A DNA stretch of 64,000 nt, from NCBI GenBank assembly GCA_046563655.1, contig CM102289.1:7874001-7938000 (forward strand). The letters run 5' to 3'. Positions 12,701 through 27,700 of this stretch are shown in pieces. A program made the position numbers and the translations under genes. Source of the stretch: Yuukianura sp. NJ FZ-2021. Its lineage: Eukaryota. Positions within the stretch are counted from its first letter, which is position 1; each line of letters opens with the position of its first letter. The notes beneath the pieces are model-generated. The model did no database searches. It had not been told where the DNA came from and saw only the letters and a list, made by a program, of their open reading frames with translations.

Positions 12701-15700
12701 ATGGCGGCAAAGTTTGAATAATGAACTGCCACCTAGTGAGCAGAAAGTGTTGACCGAGTACAATAAACACAGACTTACCCAAGTAGTTTGGTGACTTCCT
12801 AATTTGCGTAATGTTCAAGTTGCAGGCTCCACGCGGGATATGCGCCACCATGTTGTAGCCCACTGGTAACTAAATTAATTCAATTACAAACTTAATTTTA
12901 ATTTAAACTAAACTTAAATTAACATTCAATCCACAACAATGTTAGGACGCGTTGGAGGCAGTTTAACTTCCTTTTGATTTTACATGGCAAAGTCTAGTAC
13001 AGAGATGCCAAGAAGCTTAAAGTTGACAAAAGCCTCGACGGATTTGACATTCGTCACGTCTCTTATTAAAAACTTTTAAGCTTCTCCATTTTGAATTCTG
13101 CGCCACAACTGATGCCGCCGCCGTCAAAGTCAAAACTTTTCCTTCCACTGAAGTTGAAAAGACACCAAGGACAGAATACAATATTTTTCAAATTTCCCTA
13201 TCCAAACTTGTGAACTTTACTCAAATTTTCGTACATTCGTAGGCTAAACTTTAAATTAAGTTTGAGACAATCAAAAAAGTTAGTTAAAAAGTACCGTAAA
13301 GCTTCCATCACAGCGCGACTTGGTTAAGAGAAATTCAAAATGGAAAATTATTTTTCCTTTGTTACGAAAAATGGCACTGAAAATGTTTTTGGTTGAAAAT
13401 CAAAAGTAAACAAAGGAATGCGAATGATTTACGACCTTTGACACTGTGGAGCACACAGGAGGGGATGTTTTGCATTTTAGATTTTAAATTTTGAATGTTC
13501 CCGCCATGTATCATTTTGAAGCTGAGGTGGAGAAAGTGCTTCCCACAGTAACACTAGGGTGGTCTACTACGCTTAAGCTAATGAGCGTCTTTTCTCAGGG
13601 AAGTTGTTAATGGGCACTTAATTTTCTTTTGGTTAAAAGAGATTGGACAATGGAAAACACTTATTCCGGGATTCAAGTATCTGATCTTTTGTACAACTGT
13701 ACACTTGAACAGTGGTGTACATTTGTACAGTGTGCACCAAAATGTAAGGCTTTACCTGTGGCCTAGTAAAGATACCCGAGATGACTCGACATGTTGAATT
13801 ATCACCGCCACAGACGCCGCACTGGTCCAGACGTCTTTGGGAACCCGCGATTCCGTCACATCCGATGGACTGAAAAAGTCAAATTCAATTACGTCAACAA
13901 CTTTTTAGTACAAAACAATCTTAATGTTTTTGTGTTCCAAACGTATCAACTGGACAGGCTGTTCTATTTTTAGGCAGGTTAAAGTACGGTAGTATTATTA
14001 AAATCAATTTTTTCTGTTCTAAAAAAAAGTTTTTGTTGTAGGGCTTTCAATTCAATTGTTTTCCTAGTTCAATTTGTTCGGTTTTAAAATTGAAGGAGAT
14101 GGATGGACAAAATTGTTTTCGTGTCTTTATGTCTTGGTTTGTTGGAAAAAACATTTGTGAAGGGAAGAACAAGGTGGATTTCCGTGTGAGATGACATGGA
14201 AGACAACTTGATCTCCAGAGGCATAGCAAAAACTCTTGTAAAGGATCATCTCCGCCCTTCAGAGATCTATAAACTTTGCCGAACACGCAAGAAAACCTCA
14301 CACAAAAAGCCAAACAAATAGTTTTTTCCTCTAAAATTGTTCATTTCGCCCAAAATGTCTAATCTTATTCCCTTTCTTTCAATTTACAATATTCTTAATT
14401 TGGATTCACGAAATAGGCGTTAAAATTGTTCCGTTTTCCAAAAAAAAAAGTTCAAGGAATTCAAGAATTTGCAACTTTTTTGAATAGTAATGACGATTTC
14501 CTAAGGTTAACATGAACAAAATGGACACGCTTTTTGGAGTTTGCAGAAAACCGAAAAATGGCAGAAAGTGCAATTTTTTTCACGAAAAAAACAGACTGCG
14601 CAATTGTGGTTGGGTAAAAGGACGTTCAGGCGTGCTAACAAAATATTTAGGGCAAAAGTGAATGTTTTTTTTCTTCTTTTAAAAATTGGCTTTTCAAACA
14701 TTTATGTCCAATCAATTTCAATTCTACATGTCATGGCTGCTTATGATTTACTGCACTAGAAATATATGAAGTGAACCACATTCGTCTCATAACGAAAGCG
14801 AAGAACCCACAATAATTTTTGATTTTTAACGTAGTTGGTTGATTCTGTTCCTGAACTTAAAAACGTAAGTCGTGCTATAATAGCATGCAATATTGAATAA
14901 AATTTTTAGTCGAAAACGAGATTTAAAGCAACCCAAATAACTTTGTTGTATACATGAATTTCAGTTTTTCAGCTAATTTTGAACGCGCAAGAAACGAAAA
15001 GCAAACTTTTTATACGATATTCTTAAAGTAGAGGAGAATTAAGTTTTTCAAATGGCTGCAATTATATGTTTGAATTTGTTTTGTACTTTTTCTGGTCGTA
15101 ACAAGAATTCACTCGAAATCTGACACTTTTGAGCACACAGACTTCTAATCAGGTTGTTTAGCTATTGTGTCCTTATGAGTTTCCATTTATTAATCAAGGT
15201 CGTTTCAACAGTTTCCGTATAAGGAAGAAACAAAAGGTGCGAGAGACGAACAATGGACTTCAAAATTCCAATTAAACCACTGCATCTTCACGTTTGTCGT
15301 CCATAACAACATTGGAACCTGACGCAACAATTCCAGTTTGAATAGAACAACAGTTTATAGAAAACAGTGAAGCTCCAGTTTAAGACTTCTTCATGTCAAC
15401 TAGTTGGTGGTTTTTAGAATTCACTACAGTTGACTAAAGTGATATCATAAAAATCGTAAGGAACGTGTAGCAACGGAAAGCACTTCTGAAGGTGTGGATG
15501 ACTTATGGTAGGATTGCGTGTGATATAAATTTTGAAGTAACACACAGATCATTTCACGCTTTTTCTAAATCTGACTTAAGGTATATCATACCAGATCAGA
15601 TTTGAAAGAATATCGATTTCACTTTATGAAAATACAATTCAGAGTTATGCGTAAGGAACAAAAGAAAATGGATGAAGGTAAGATGCAATTCATAAGTTTA

Positions 15701-18700
15701 CTAAAAAAGTGAACAGACAATAAATTTTGGAAATTTGATCTAGAATGACTTTCTGGATTCTTCAAGGCGTAAGGTTTTATTTATGCGTTCAATTTTCTAT
15801 GAAAAATAAATCTTTCCAGTCATAAAAAACTATTCCAAGTTAAACAAATGCAACTTTGAAAAAACAAAAATTCTCAAAACAGATAATACGTAAATAAAAG
15901 AATATTAACAGCAAAAGTTAGTTTTTTAGGCAAATCTTAAAATTTCTGTGTTTTACATCAGCGCATTCCTTTCAACCAAGAAAGTGACGATGGCGCCAAC
16001 CAAAACAAAAAAGCCAAAAATTTTGAAGGATTTGCGAATTTTTATGTTTACACGAGCTTAGGCCGGAATTGCTTGTAAGCTTTAGAGCGTAAGTTTTTTG
16101 GATTAGAGCTTTTGTTTTTTCAAAAAAAATTTTTTTTTTGAAAACTTGGTAGGCTTTTGCTACTGTAAAACCGTAATTTGTCACTTGTCATCGTCTTTTG
16201 TTCTCCATCTCATTTCCATTGAGCCAAATCTTATTTGATGCCTCTTCATTTGTTTTCTCAATTTAAATCTACGTCCAACTTAACCAAAAAATTCCAGTCG
16301 ACTACAATTTTTGTAGATCTTTTAGTTTAGATTCCATCAATCTCGGTCATTTTTCTTGGCACAAGTTTTCCACTTTCTCAGAGACTGTGATTCCTAGTCA
16401 GCTTGAAGTTTTTGGACAAGAAAAAAAGTACTCTGCTGGATTCCAGAGATTTTATTAATAAAATTGAGTAGAAATGGATCTGTACAAGTAATTCTGCCCA
16501 TAAAACTGTCAGTGCGAAAAGTAAAAGTAGCTTTAAAAGCAAGTGCGCCGAATAGTCGGCCAAAAGACATGTCATGTTCACAAGTCAGTTTTACAGATTT
16601 TTTTTAAAATGGCCATTCTGGTGTAGCGCGAATTCCTCTTTTTGCAAAAATCAATTTTCATAATTCCTTGTCATTTTTGTTTTTACGGCTTCCGAAGGCA
16701 TTTTTCCAAAAACTAAAAAGAAATTAACTATTCAAACGAACGTTTTATGGGAAATGGCAAATGAAATAAGACTTTTATCCTACAGTGAAAAATTTTTCAA
16801 AACCGATTTGTGTTCATGCATTTTTGAAATTAACAAAAACAAAAACAAAAACAAAACAAAAACAACACCGAAGTATTTTGAAAAAGATTTACAGGTCTTT
16901 CGTTAGTTAACGAAAGACCTCTAAAATTTCTTTCTAGCTATTTTTAGATTTTTTTTTTAAATTTTGTTCAAATAAAATTGATGTTCGACGTAAAAATACA
17001 ATCGAAAGTTAATAATTTTAGATTTTAGAATTTACAACAAAAGCAATCATTTCCGATTTTGCATTTTTTTTCTAAAAAAAATTTGAAGATTCTTACCCCG
17101 ATGCTAAGCATGAGCAGAAAAACGTATACAAGCGTGGTCATTATGCACAGATCTCTTGATTTCGAAAATTTCACGTCAAATTGGCAACTTTTTTCCTTTC
17201 GTTTTTTGAATTCCGATGCACTGCCGAAGTTATGCGGTGTTTTCCGCTGCTGTTCAATCTGGTTTACACAAGAAGCTGCTTCTCATAATTTGGATGTCAA
17301 AAATTCGAAGATGAGATTAGGTTTTTCAGACCGGAAAATTAAATGATTCGCGGCGAGATGAAAGAGAGAGATGAAGATCTTCCGTACTGATGCGGAGGAA
17401 AATTGGAGAAAAAAGCCGGGTGCGAAATTTTTTTGCACAGACTTAATCGTGCCTCAGCTCCTGTAGAAGGGAGACTAAAGGAAGTGAGATGCAAGTCCAG
17501 ATCTCTTTATACCACACTGAACTTACACAATTCTGCCCACATCTAAAGCCCTTAACTCCTGTCCTCTTCCCAGCTCTGCACAACTACAACTGAAAATCCA
17601 CAAATTCAAGTTATGTTGGCGTTGGGAATGTGAAAATGAACTTAATGGATTCTGATCATAAGTGACTAACCAGGAGAAACGCTTAACGTTTTTACCATCT
17701 TCTGACTTCAACTTGATTAAGTGAGTCCAAACATTATTCAAAAGTTCCCTCCAAACATCTCCCAATGTCAAATGGGGTTAAGGGTAACCAAAGTTCCTCA
17801 AATCATTAATTATTTTCGAAAAACTGAATTTTCATTTAGTTTTTTCAAATTTCAAAAAATCTTTTTGAAGGAGCGGTGAAGCGCAAGAGTTGCTTAAAAT
17901 CCGTAACGAGCTTCTGTGCGTTTTCAAAGGGGGCCGAAAATTAATTTTTTTAGAAGCAGGACCAAATGCAACGATAGTGTCAAATGCATATGCTAACAAA
18001 TTTTCCTTTGATATGCATCGTTTAACCTAAAAGTGAATCCCACCCTGTTAGATTCTTTAGTTAACCTAATGTTAGTAGTATTCAATTTCATGTTTTGCGT
18101 GAAAAATTTAAGGATGAAGGTGTTGGACCATTGAAGTCGTTTGCCACTTTATAAAACAACTTCCACTAATAACAGAAACTCACCCCTGCTTTTAAGGGTG
18201 GGTTTGTTAACTTCCTCTCCACTTCCATCACTGTAATCATAACCAATTTTCAAAATTTTACAATCTTTATTCATGCATGCACAATTACTCAATCAGATTC
18301 TGCATGCAAAGGTAACAGCACAACGAATGCACTTTCCTCAACATTTAAGAGTCCTTACGCACGTATTTTTAATTTACCGTAAAAATTCTACTTTGAACCC
18401 GCGAGCAAATTTAAAAAAAAAAGAAGGTAAAAAGTCAAATGAACACCGAAGTTAGCTTAATCTCCTCCATTGTAATTTTTATTTTGTACAATTTTTACGT
18501 TTTTTTTTTTTTTGGAGATTGGCATTTCGACCAGAAATAATATACAAAATCCACCAAAAAATATTTCCATAATTTTCAAAATATTCAAAACTTTACAGCC
18601 ACAACTTTTTTTTTCTTTGTACTTTTGAAGATCGGCTAGAAATCGGGCTACCAAATCTCTTCGTCTGTGAAAAACGTTTCCCAAAATGTTATTTGAAAAA

Positions 18701-21700
18701 TTACGGTATTTTGAAATCATAACTGGTTAAGTACATCCTTAAGTTTATGAAGAAAGTGAAAATTAATGTAGAATTTGCATGTTGAAATCCAATCTTGAGG
18801 AGTAATTTTTGATTGTCCACTTCTAAAACCCTAAGCTATTGTGTGTGATTCAAACCCCTTGATTTCCATTGTTATTTTTATGTCAGTGGAGAAAGATCAA
18901 TGATTCCAAGAGCCCCACTTCACCCCCTTTCCTAAATTCATTGTTTTGATTCAATAGGAAACATGAGGACTTGCATCACAATTGACTTTTGAAGGAACAT
19001 TCTTGAAATGAAAGTGGCTTCACAGACACAATGCTCGTGTCAGAGCCACTTCAGGAGGTGATAAATGCAGTGGCCAATTAAAATTGTAGAGTTAACAAGA
19101 GAGAAACTTAGGAGGAGGAAAAGAGGATTTTGACACTGAAATCCGAAGAGTTCTGGCAAATTTTGTTGCATTTGCAAGGGAATTGCTTTGCCTAAAAGTT
19201 TTAAAGACTGAAACTTTTTAAGGCGATTCTAATCTCTTTCAACTTTGTTACTTTGTTTAATTTGCTAAAGTTCTTAACCTGTCGCAAGGCTTATAAAGCC
19301 CTTGGCCTTCACACGGTTGCTGACAAGGCAAAATATTGTAATTTAGCACCTAATTTATTACAAAAGTCAAACCTAAAACCTTGTACAAAATGAGATCATG
19401 GAGATGACATTTCTCACGTTACGGTTTAAAAAGTTTTTAAGTTCTGTTTCGAAATGAATCATTTCAGAAAAATGAACAAGTACATGCACCTGCTTTAGCA
19501 TTTCAACAAGTTCATGACCTTTGAAGAACTATTTTAGACAACATCTTTCAAAACTAAGAGAATTTTTCAGTTTTGTTCAAAACAGACATTTTTTTTCGGA
19601 AAAAAATCAAAATCATTTTTTTAATCTAAACTCATTTTTTTACTCAGAAGATTGAGATGATTCTGCTTTCAAAATCTTTAATTACAAATATTAATTACAC
19701 ACCATTAAAACTATCTTTAGTACTTATTCTGAAAAGCCTGCCAGAAACAGGAGAATAAATGAAATGAAATGAAATGAAAATCGCAGGAACAGCTACATGC
19801 TCAAATTTTGAGGAAATGGAATCTGAAAACCACGAATGACTTGTAGTTTTTCAGAAAAAAGTAAACAGATCAGATTAGTTTTCAAACAAGATTAGTTTCC
19901 AAACATGTTTTTGAAAAATTATTTGTACATTTGAAAATACAAATGCAAAACTACTCTTTTTTTTGTACTAAGCGAAGGTTGTTGTGCACACAGTGTCAAA
20001 AAACTCATGATGACTTTTTGCAATTTGGAGACACCGAAATGATCTTAAGGCGGCTTCTTAACGAGATAATGACTTTGAATTTGGATCTTAAAACCCAATA
20101 TGGACCAAAATTTTATCTTTTTTTGCAAACATGGAGAAAATTTCAAGGAGCTCAAATGACTTTTAAGTGATTGCAGAACGTACTTAAGGTCTTTGACGTG
20201 TCACCCTGAGTAATTGACCGAATAGTCTCATCTTTCACCTTATGGGTTCGTAATTTCAAATTTTCTGAAAATGTTATATTCCAACTTTTTTTCGGTTTTT
20301 AAACAGTGCTGTTGACATCTTCCTACATGTGTTTGGCCTTTTACAAAATTACTCAATCTGTCTAGTATGGTAATGAGTATATTCTCTTTCTTCTGACAAA
20401 AACAAAGCAAGAAGTAAGATGAGAAACAATCATCGGTGTGAAGTCTCTTTAACATTTTCATTTTTTTCGTCAAGTCTTTTTTCTCGCTTTTAACTCTGTC
20501 GTTATTGGTTCACATTCCCCAAGTGAAGATAATGTAATGGACAGAAGAGGACAAGAAGAGATCTTGTCGATTTCACCTTTGCATCATTAGCAAGACCTAC
20601 AAGGTGCGTCAACTTGATCATGAGAAATAGGAGTCCGTGGGAGCGAAAGATGCGACACAAGATTAACTTTGACGCTGGAGACAAAAAAAAATTACTAAAA
20701 GTTGATAAGTAAACAGAGGAAAAAGTTGCGTGAAGACGAAAATCTTTTTTGGAGGAATTAGCAATTAGGGTTCTGAAAATCTTTTGAATAAAACCTTTTG
20801 ATTTGGAAATTGCAAATCCAGTTTTTCTTGGAAAAAGTGTTTAATATTCAAAGAACCGTGTAACTTTTATGACAAAATTTGTCAATAACTGTGTAAAAAG
20901 TCAAGTGCTATAAGAACATGGAATGTTTACAGGTTTTAACCATTAGCGCCCAGATTACAAATGAGGACTGTAACACTAGCACTCATGAGCTAATACAAAA
21001 CAACGTCATAAATTGAAAGGCTACTCACTCCAGAGTGACATCTAAAGATTTAATTGACTTTAAACCATTAACTATTTTAGCAATGTTTACCTAACGCCTG
21101 AGTATTCATTGACAAAAAATTGGAAAAAAAAAACAGAAAAAACATTCTTCTAAAAATTTACAAATTACTACCAACACAAAAACGTAGTCTTCACAATTTC
21201 CATAACAGTTAAGCACGATTTCGCTAAAATAAAACCAAGGTTTACAAAAACAGACTTTTATTAAAAAAAATTCAATCCTAAATTTGAAGTTTGGGCAGAA
21301 ACTAAATTCTCAACTCACTCACGCGGTTAAGACTGAAAATTTCCAAGCCAGGTACGTGGCTGTTAGGTACTCAACTTTAAACATAGTCAATTATTATAAC
21401 TATTTACATTATTACTTTAATAATATGTTTAACGTTATTATAAAATGATACGTTACTAAAATTGATGTGTTATACCTGAGATGCTCATTTCAAATTACGT
21501 TCCTTTGTTTTTCTCATTTTTTGTGGAAAAATGTTTTCTTGTAATTCAATTTTTACAAACAAGGATGCATCGTTTTCCAAATTAACTGTACCTAAACCCA
21601 CAACATTTTTATAACTCAAATCCGTTTCAAATTGTAAACGTGATTTTGCAATAAAAATCCAGTTTTGAAAAAAAAAGATTAGCAAATCATAATCATAATT

Positions 21701-24700
21701 CTTTGAAAAAGGAAAGGCATGAAGGCGTTTAATTTTTTTACTGTAGAGAGCCCTTCACCACCGTATAAAATTTTACTCTCCTTCACCGTTGCGTGCCGAA
21801 TTTGTTCATTTTTTTGAAAGTTTAGCTTTGATTTTCAACCACAAGCTAAACTATAAAATTCAGAACCATTCGAGTGCCTTGACTTTAGGCATTTATGACC
21901 AATACGTTTTCGTTTATTCTGGACGTTTAGAGTAAACAGACCTTGGTCTGGGAAACTTAGGAGTTCATTCATCATTTAAGAAATAGGAGTAGGATTTAAG
22001 GTATTCTATTGTGCTTCTGCTCCATAAGTTCAACTTCAAAGATACACTTTCTGCGTGTCTGTTTACTGACTCACAAGGCAAAGCTAAGAATAGACCGCAC
22101 CCAATGGATTCACAGAAATTCATTTGGCAAAGGTTATGAACATCCGAAATCCAACTTCAAACATTCGCCAAATTTTGCCAAAAAGCAGAAAAGGCTCTCC
22201 GAGGAAGATAAACCGCCGCCGGGAAATCCTAATCCAGCAGGCTTAGAATCTGCACAAACATTCGTTTTTGCAATATTGAAAAAACAAGGTTTTGCAAACA
22301 CAAAAAGCTTAAAAAAACTAACTAATAAGCTTATGCTAAGTGCATGGACCTTGTTTGTCGGAAATGAAATCAAAATCGTAAATTTGTCTACATGTGCACT
22401 CTTGAGTGTCAGATAGCAAAAGGTAGTACCCGAAGTTCATAATTTTAGAATTTAAAAAACTTAAAATTCGAAATTTTCATTTTTTTAGATCAAGGTTTTT
22501 GGCATAGAAAAACTACGTTTAGATGATAAGTAAACTTCCGTTTCGCTCCACTTGATTTCCATTCCATTTCGTTGTTTACATACGGACTTTTGGAGATGTA
22601 AAAATTTTTGCAATCGGTTTTGCGTGGAATGGCAAAGCACTTTGGATTATGGGAGTCACTGTAAGATACACACCAGATGCTCCCAAGGAAGCACTACTTT
22701 TAGTATGCTAAAGTGCTTACATAAAATTGTATAACGTAGCATGTAAAAATTTTTTGATTGAAATATGAGTAATGGACGGAAAGCGTTAGAGCGTTTTAGG
22801 CAACAACATTAAATCACAAAGGTGGTAAGAGTTGACATGTGTAAGTGTAAGTGCTATGGCGTTGTTGACCTTTTGTATCACAAATGCAATTTTGGTATCA
22901 AAATCAATAATGTCTAAAAATAATCAGCAATGTGCTATCACTTTACAACAAAGTTCACTGCAGCATTACCCGTCAGCTTCTGCGTTTTTAAAAGTTTTTG
23001 TTAAAGTTTGGTTGAGTTTCTAGATTTTCTAGTTTGCAATAAAAATTTTCATTTTTTTTTGAAGATTTGAAAAAGTTCGTGGTTCAAACTTTCTTGGCGT
23101 TGCAAGTCATCTATCTGCAGAAAGTGGAAGATGCAACTGACTTTTTGTACATTACGACACAAGGCGTTTGCGTAAAAGTAAGCAAAAAACTTGACTCTTC
23201 TGCTTCTGAACAAAATGTAAGAACTGAAATTCATCCGAAAGGAGTAGAGATGGCGAAAGTGAATCTTCGTGCTACAAGAAGATCTGCACTTCCAGAAACA
23301 TGAAAAGGAATTCAGTTTTGACAAATTAGAAAAAGTGAAAAGTTTTCAAACCAAAAGTTTCTCTAAAAACAAAACTTTTGTCTTTTTCAATTTCTTAGTG
23401 AAAATCTCCCCGCGCTTTTCATTTTGCTTTACCTTTGCTATTAATTTCCGGTTCCGTTTTGCCTTTTGTAAACCCAAAAGGTGCTTAGTTGTTCAAAAAG
23501 TTTTCATTACGTTACATTTCACGAAAAAGTACGTTTTACACAAAGAAATTGAATTTACAGCCAAAAGTCCAAAATTAGTTTCAAAATTTTCATTCTAAAA
23601 ACATTTCACGGTGTAAGATTACACTTATGACCCTACGTGCCACCCTTCTCGAGTTACCACTTTTGCATTTTTTAAAAACCTCGCAACTGGGAAAGTAATC
23701 AAATAAATTTGAAATTGGACTTGCGCATGCGTGCAAACACCGTTTCTTAATTACTTTTGACACGTAAGTCCATCATCCACCTTATTAGACTCGGACATCC
23801 GTTTTTAAATTGGAGAATCAAAAAGTGTTATATAAATTCTGTTAAAGGGTTGGAACCAAATTTCTTTCGAAGTGTGAGAAATGCATTTAGGAATTCTAGA
23901 TTTCCAGATCCGATTAGCAAAAAACTTTTTGAAGAAAAAACAAGAGCACTTCATCATTCAACAAAGTGGTCATCAAAATGGAAGTTTGTACTTAGAGGAG
24001 GAGCAGACTGCCTAACAAGGAGAATAATAGAGACTGACTGTCAGCAATGCAATTATCACTTTTTGTTAGGTTTACATTAGGTTAGGAAACCTAGCCTACC
24101 AGGTTAGCCTAACTTCCAAATGCCAGAATTTCAATATACTATGTGTTAGGTACTCTGAGCGAGCAAATGTCAAAAGCATCATTACTTTTATGGTAACAAT
24201 AGAAAATTTGAAAGTGTTTCAAAATTCCAAGTCCACAATGCTGAGCTATTGGATCTTTTAATATTTTGAAATTAAGTAGGAAATTATAATAATGTAGGGC
24301 AGGAATAGAATAAAATCAAGGATGAAGTTCATGTCCTTTGCTTTTCGAAAATTAGACTTTTTAAGGAGATGGATTATGAAATTTTGAAAGTTTTTTTTTT
24401 AAATTCGATTAATTTATGCAGCGACACACCCTGTGGTGCTTATGTTCTTTCGTATTGGAGCTTTACGGCGTTTAGCCTTCCTAATGCCCAGACAGATGAA
24501 TAGAATTACTCGAGTCGACAATTGAGGGGCAGAAATTTTTATGAGCCTTGAAAAGTAGTTTTTGGAAACTTCACACCCTGGTTCTTACGCTTGTTCAAAC
24601 AGAACAAGTTTTAGAAGATTGTGGTTTGAATTTTACGACCCACCAATGACTATAACCTAATGCTGGGATTAGATTTTTTGATAAAATTAAATGAAGTCAG

Positions 24701-27700
24701 TTTTGATTTTGGTTGGCATTGTCCAGTTTGGTCAATTTTTGTAACCATTTTGAAAATTTCCCACTTAAAACTGAAATTTTGAACTTACCATACACTGTCC
24801 CATGACACATCTGTAGAGATCATTGGTTCTGTCACTTCTTCTGGAACCGGGAGCGGGACATGGCGTTCCATCGATAACTGAATTCTTCAATGTCGTAAAA
24901 AATCGAAAGCCTTTGGCTCGACAAGTTAATGAACAAGGATTTCTTTCTACAAAAAACAGAACAGACAAATTTACAACAGCAGGAAAGCCTACTAGAGTAA
25001 ATTTTTAAATTTTTATAACTTTTTTGAAGTTTCAAAAATTATGAATCCCAAAAGGAACTGCTCTAAATTCCAAAAATAGCAAAACTGGCATAGACAAATG
25101 TTCGTTTTTGAAAAAAATGTTAAACTGTTTTTGTGCTTTTTCCTGGCTTTGCCGCTTGAATTGCACCGCACGAGTATTTCCATAAAAAGAACACAAATTA
25201 AATGAACCGCAAAAGGGCATGCAAAGTGTACCTGGAGCATTTTTTTTGCAAAAAATACTACAATTGCTTGTGCTACTTCCGGAACTACTTTAAGGAAATG
25301 TTATTGAACTTACCGTCAACAAAAGACTCCCACTGATACAATTTTCCCAAGAAAGGTTTCTTGTCGTATGCTACGCACTGACTCTCTCGAATTCCGATTG
25401 TTCCCCGTGGACATTCCTTTCACGAAAAAAAAATTAGACAAATTTTTGTAAAAAACATGAAATACAGAAGTTTTTTGTATAAGGTTGAATTCATTTTTGC
25501 AATTTTTTTTTGTCGAAAATGTACTTGTGTACAGCAAATAGTCTGAATAAGTGTGAAAGGCGTTGGAAGGTCAAGCACATTAGCGCCAATTTTTCATTTT
25601 TTTTATGTTAGTCTAAACACCCAAACCCCAAACGTAAATATTTGGATTTGGCAAATCTCCACCCATTTTTATATTCATATTTTGAAATCTCCTTGCTAAA
25701 AAATGAGAGGCGAAATTGTAAACATGATTTTTGCACTAAGCTTCTGGTTTGTCCCTTAATAAAACCAAAAGAGCCTGTCGTCCGACCCACTTGTCGTAAA
25801 AACACTTTGGACTTTCAGGTTCTGACTCCATAAAACTCTTTAAGTTCATAATTTTTTGCATTCAGCCGCCAATTTCAAAGTGATCTTCTGGCGGGATTTT
25901 TCACTTTAAAACACCAGACGGCATTCCAGGACGCCGGACTGGGTCATAACTCTTTGGTCTTGTCAAACCACCAAAAAACAAACCTCTTCTGTTTAGAAAA
26001 ATACGTTCAAAATCACAGGTCATCGACTAGTTATTGAAAGAATGAAGAAACTAATGCTCGCCTCGAGAAAGCAAGTGTTTTGCTCCGCAAAGTAAATGTT
26101 CTGGATATTAGAAAATTGTGCCAAATTACTTCGGATTTTGCTTGTTTTAAGTTTTGATTTACTTGATTACTTGACCTGCCAACGCTTTATGGTACAGTTG
26201 AGTGATGTCGATGTGATATGGACAATGCCTGGAAGTACTAAATTCTAGTCCAATATTAAAATTTTGTTGCTTAAAATTCAACTTGAATGCAAAAGGTATG
26301 TACGAAGAGCAAAGAGTAAAACTCCAATATGTTTCAAACTCCTACAACGCCAAAGAAACTTTTTTTTTTATTAAAGTAAAATTTCAGATGTCTTTTACAA
26401 TATAGTTATTACGTCCTTAAGTAGCTGTTGAATGCAAAATTAAACCAATACGACTTACCTCTACGTTGCACAAGTGATGCCGTGTTGCATGACCTTCGCA
26501 ATGTTCAGCACTAACATTTTTCGAAAGCTTGTCACCGTCAATTGCCTCTTTTGATTTCATACGACTTCGCCTAGAATAGTTGAAAACAAAAAATTCGAAA
26601 CTTAAAAGTAACCGTGTTAGATACATATTTATTGATTTTTTTTTATTTCCTTAGATTTAAACATGATAGTTTCTATTGTTATGAAATTGGATGCTTTTCC
26701 TATGCTAAAATTTTGAACAAGACAAATGGCAATACACGTTCAGCAAATGCAATTAACATTAGCATTAACAAAGCACTTTGGTCCTTGCTGTGTCGAGACT
26801 CTAGCACCTCCAGCATGGAGCCATTATCACAAAACACTTGTCGTTTTCAGAGTAAACAAGATGCTGAATCCTAAAGATCTCGAAAGAAGCAGAAGTTGCA
26901 CATCCAGAGAAGTTAGATTGCAATTTTTAGCAACACATACATCACTTACACACGCTCTTAACAAAACGCTTAGTATTCCTTGCCAACAACATCGATGATC
27001 TTAAAAAAGTGTTTGACTTGTACAACTTGAACAAGATTGAAACTAGGAGCGTGCTCAAGACGAAGTGTTATTGTTAGCATTAAAATTATTTTGAATAGTC
27101 ATCATCGAAATAGACAAAATTTAGTACACTGACAAAACCAATCAACATTTAACACACTGAAAAATTGAAACGTGACTCCGCAGCAGTCGACCTATTTGGA
27201 AACAAGCGTGAAATTAAAAAAAAAATCTGAAAAAAAGAGAAGTTGTAAAATTTTGGAAAAGTGACGCCATAGATCATTTATCTGCAAGCTTTTTTGAAAA
27301 ACCGGAGGTGTAATTTGTCGAATGTGTGTTTACTAAATCGTAATTGTTTTGTAGGAACGCTTAAACAATGGGAGTGGGGGCATGTAGGGGAAGGTAGGAA
27401 TTAGCCTTAATAGTTTAATACCTCCTTCTTAAAAACAAAGAAAAGACAATAGAGAGAGGGTTGAAGATCTGCGATGTGCTCTTACATAATCGTGTTATGA
27501 ATATCCTCAGCATCTTTTTTCTAAAACAACATTCAGAATTCTTCCGAAGCTTCCAGTCTTAACTATCAAACCTAAGTCTACCAAAAGATAGTCACTGGAA
27601 AGTGTTAAGTCTGTAGAACAGGATTCTGTCTCAGTTTTTATGATTCTACTTTCAGATAAACCGGAATTATGATTCACAAAAACTATGATTAACTTGCACT

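Noticed and set aside
22009..23598. Plus-strand ORFs of 78-135 aa as a nested gene in the ADAMTSL intron
   Set aside because: No recognisable motifs and no consistent splice chain.
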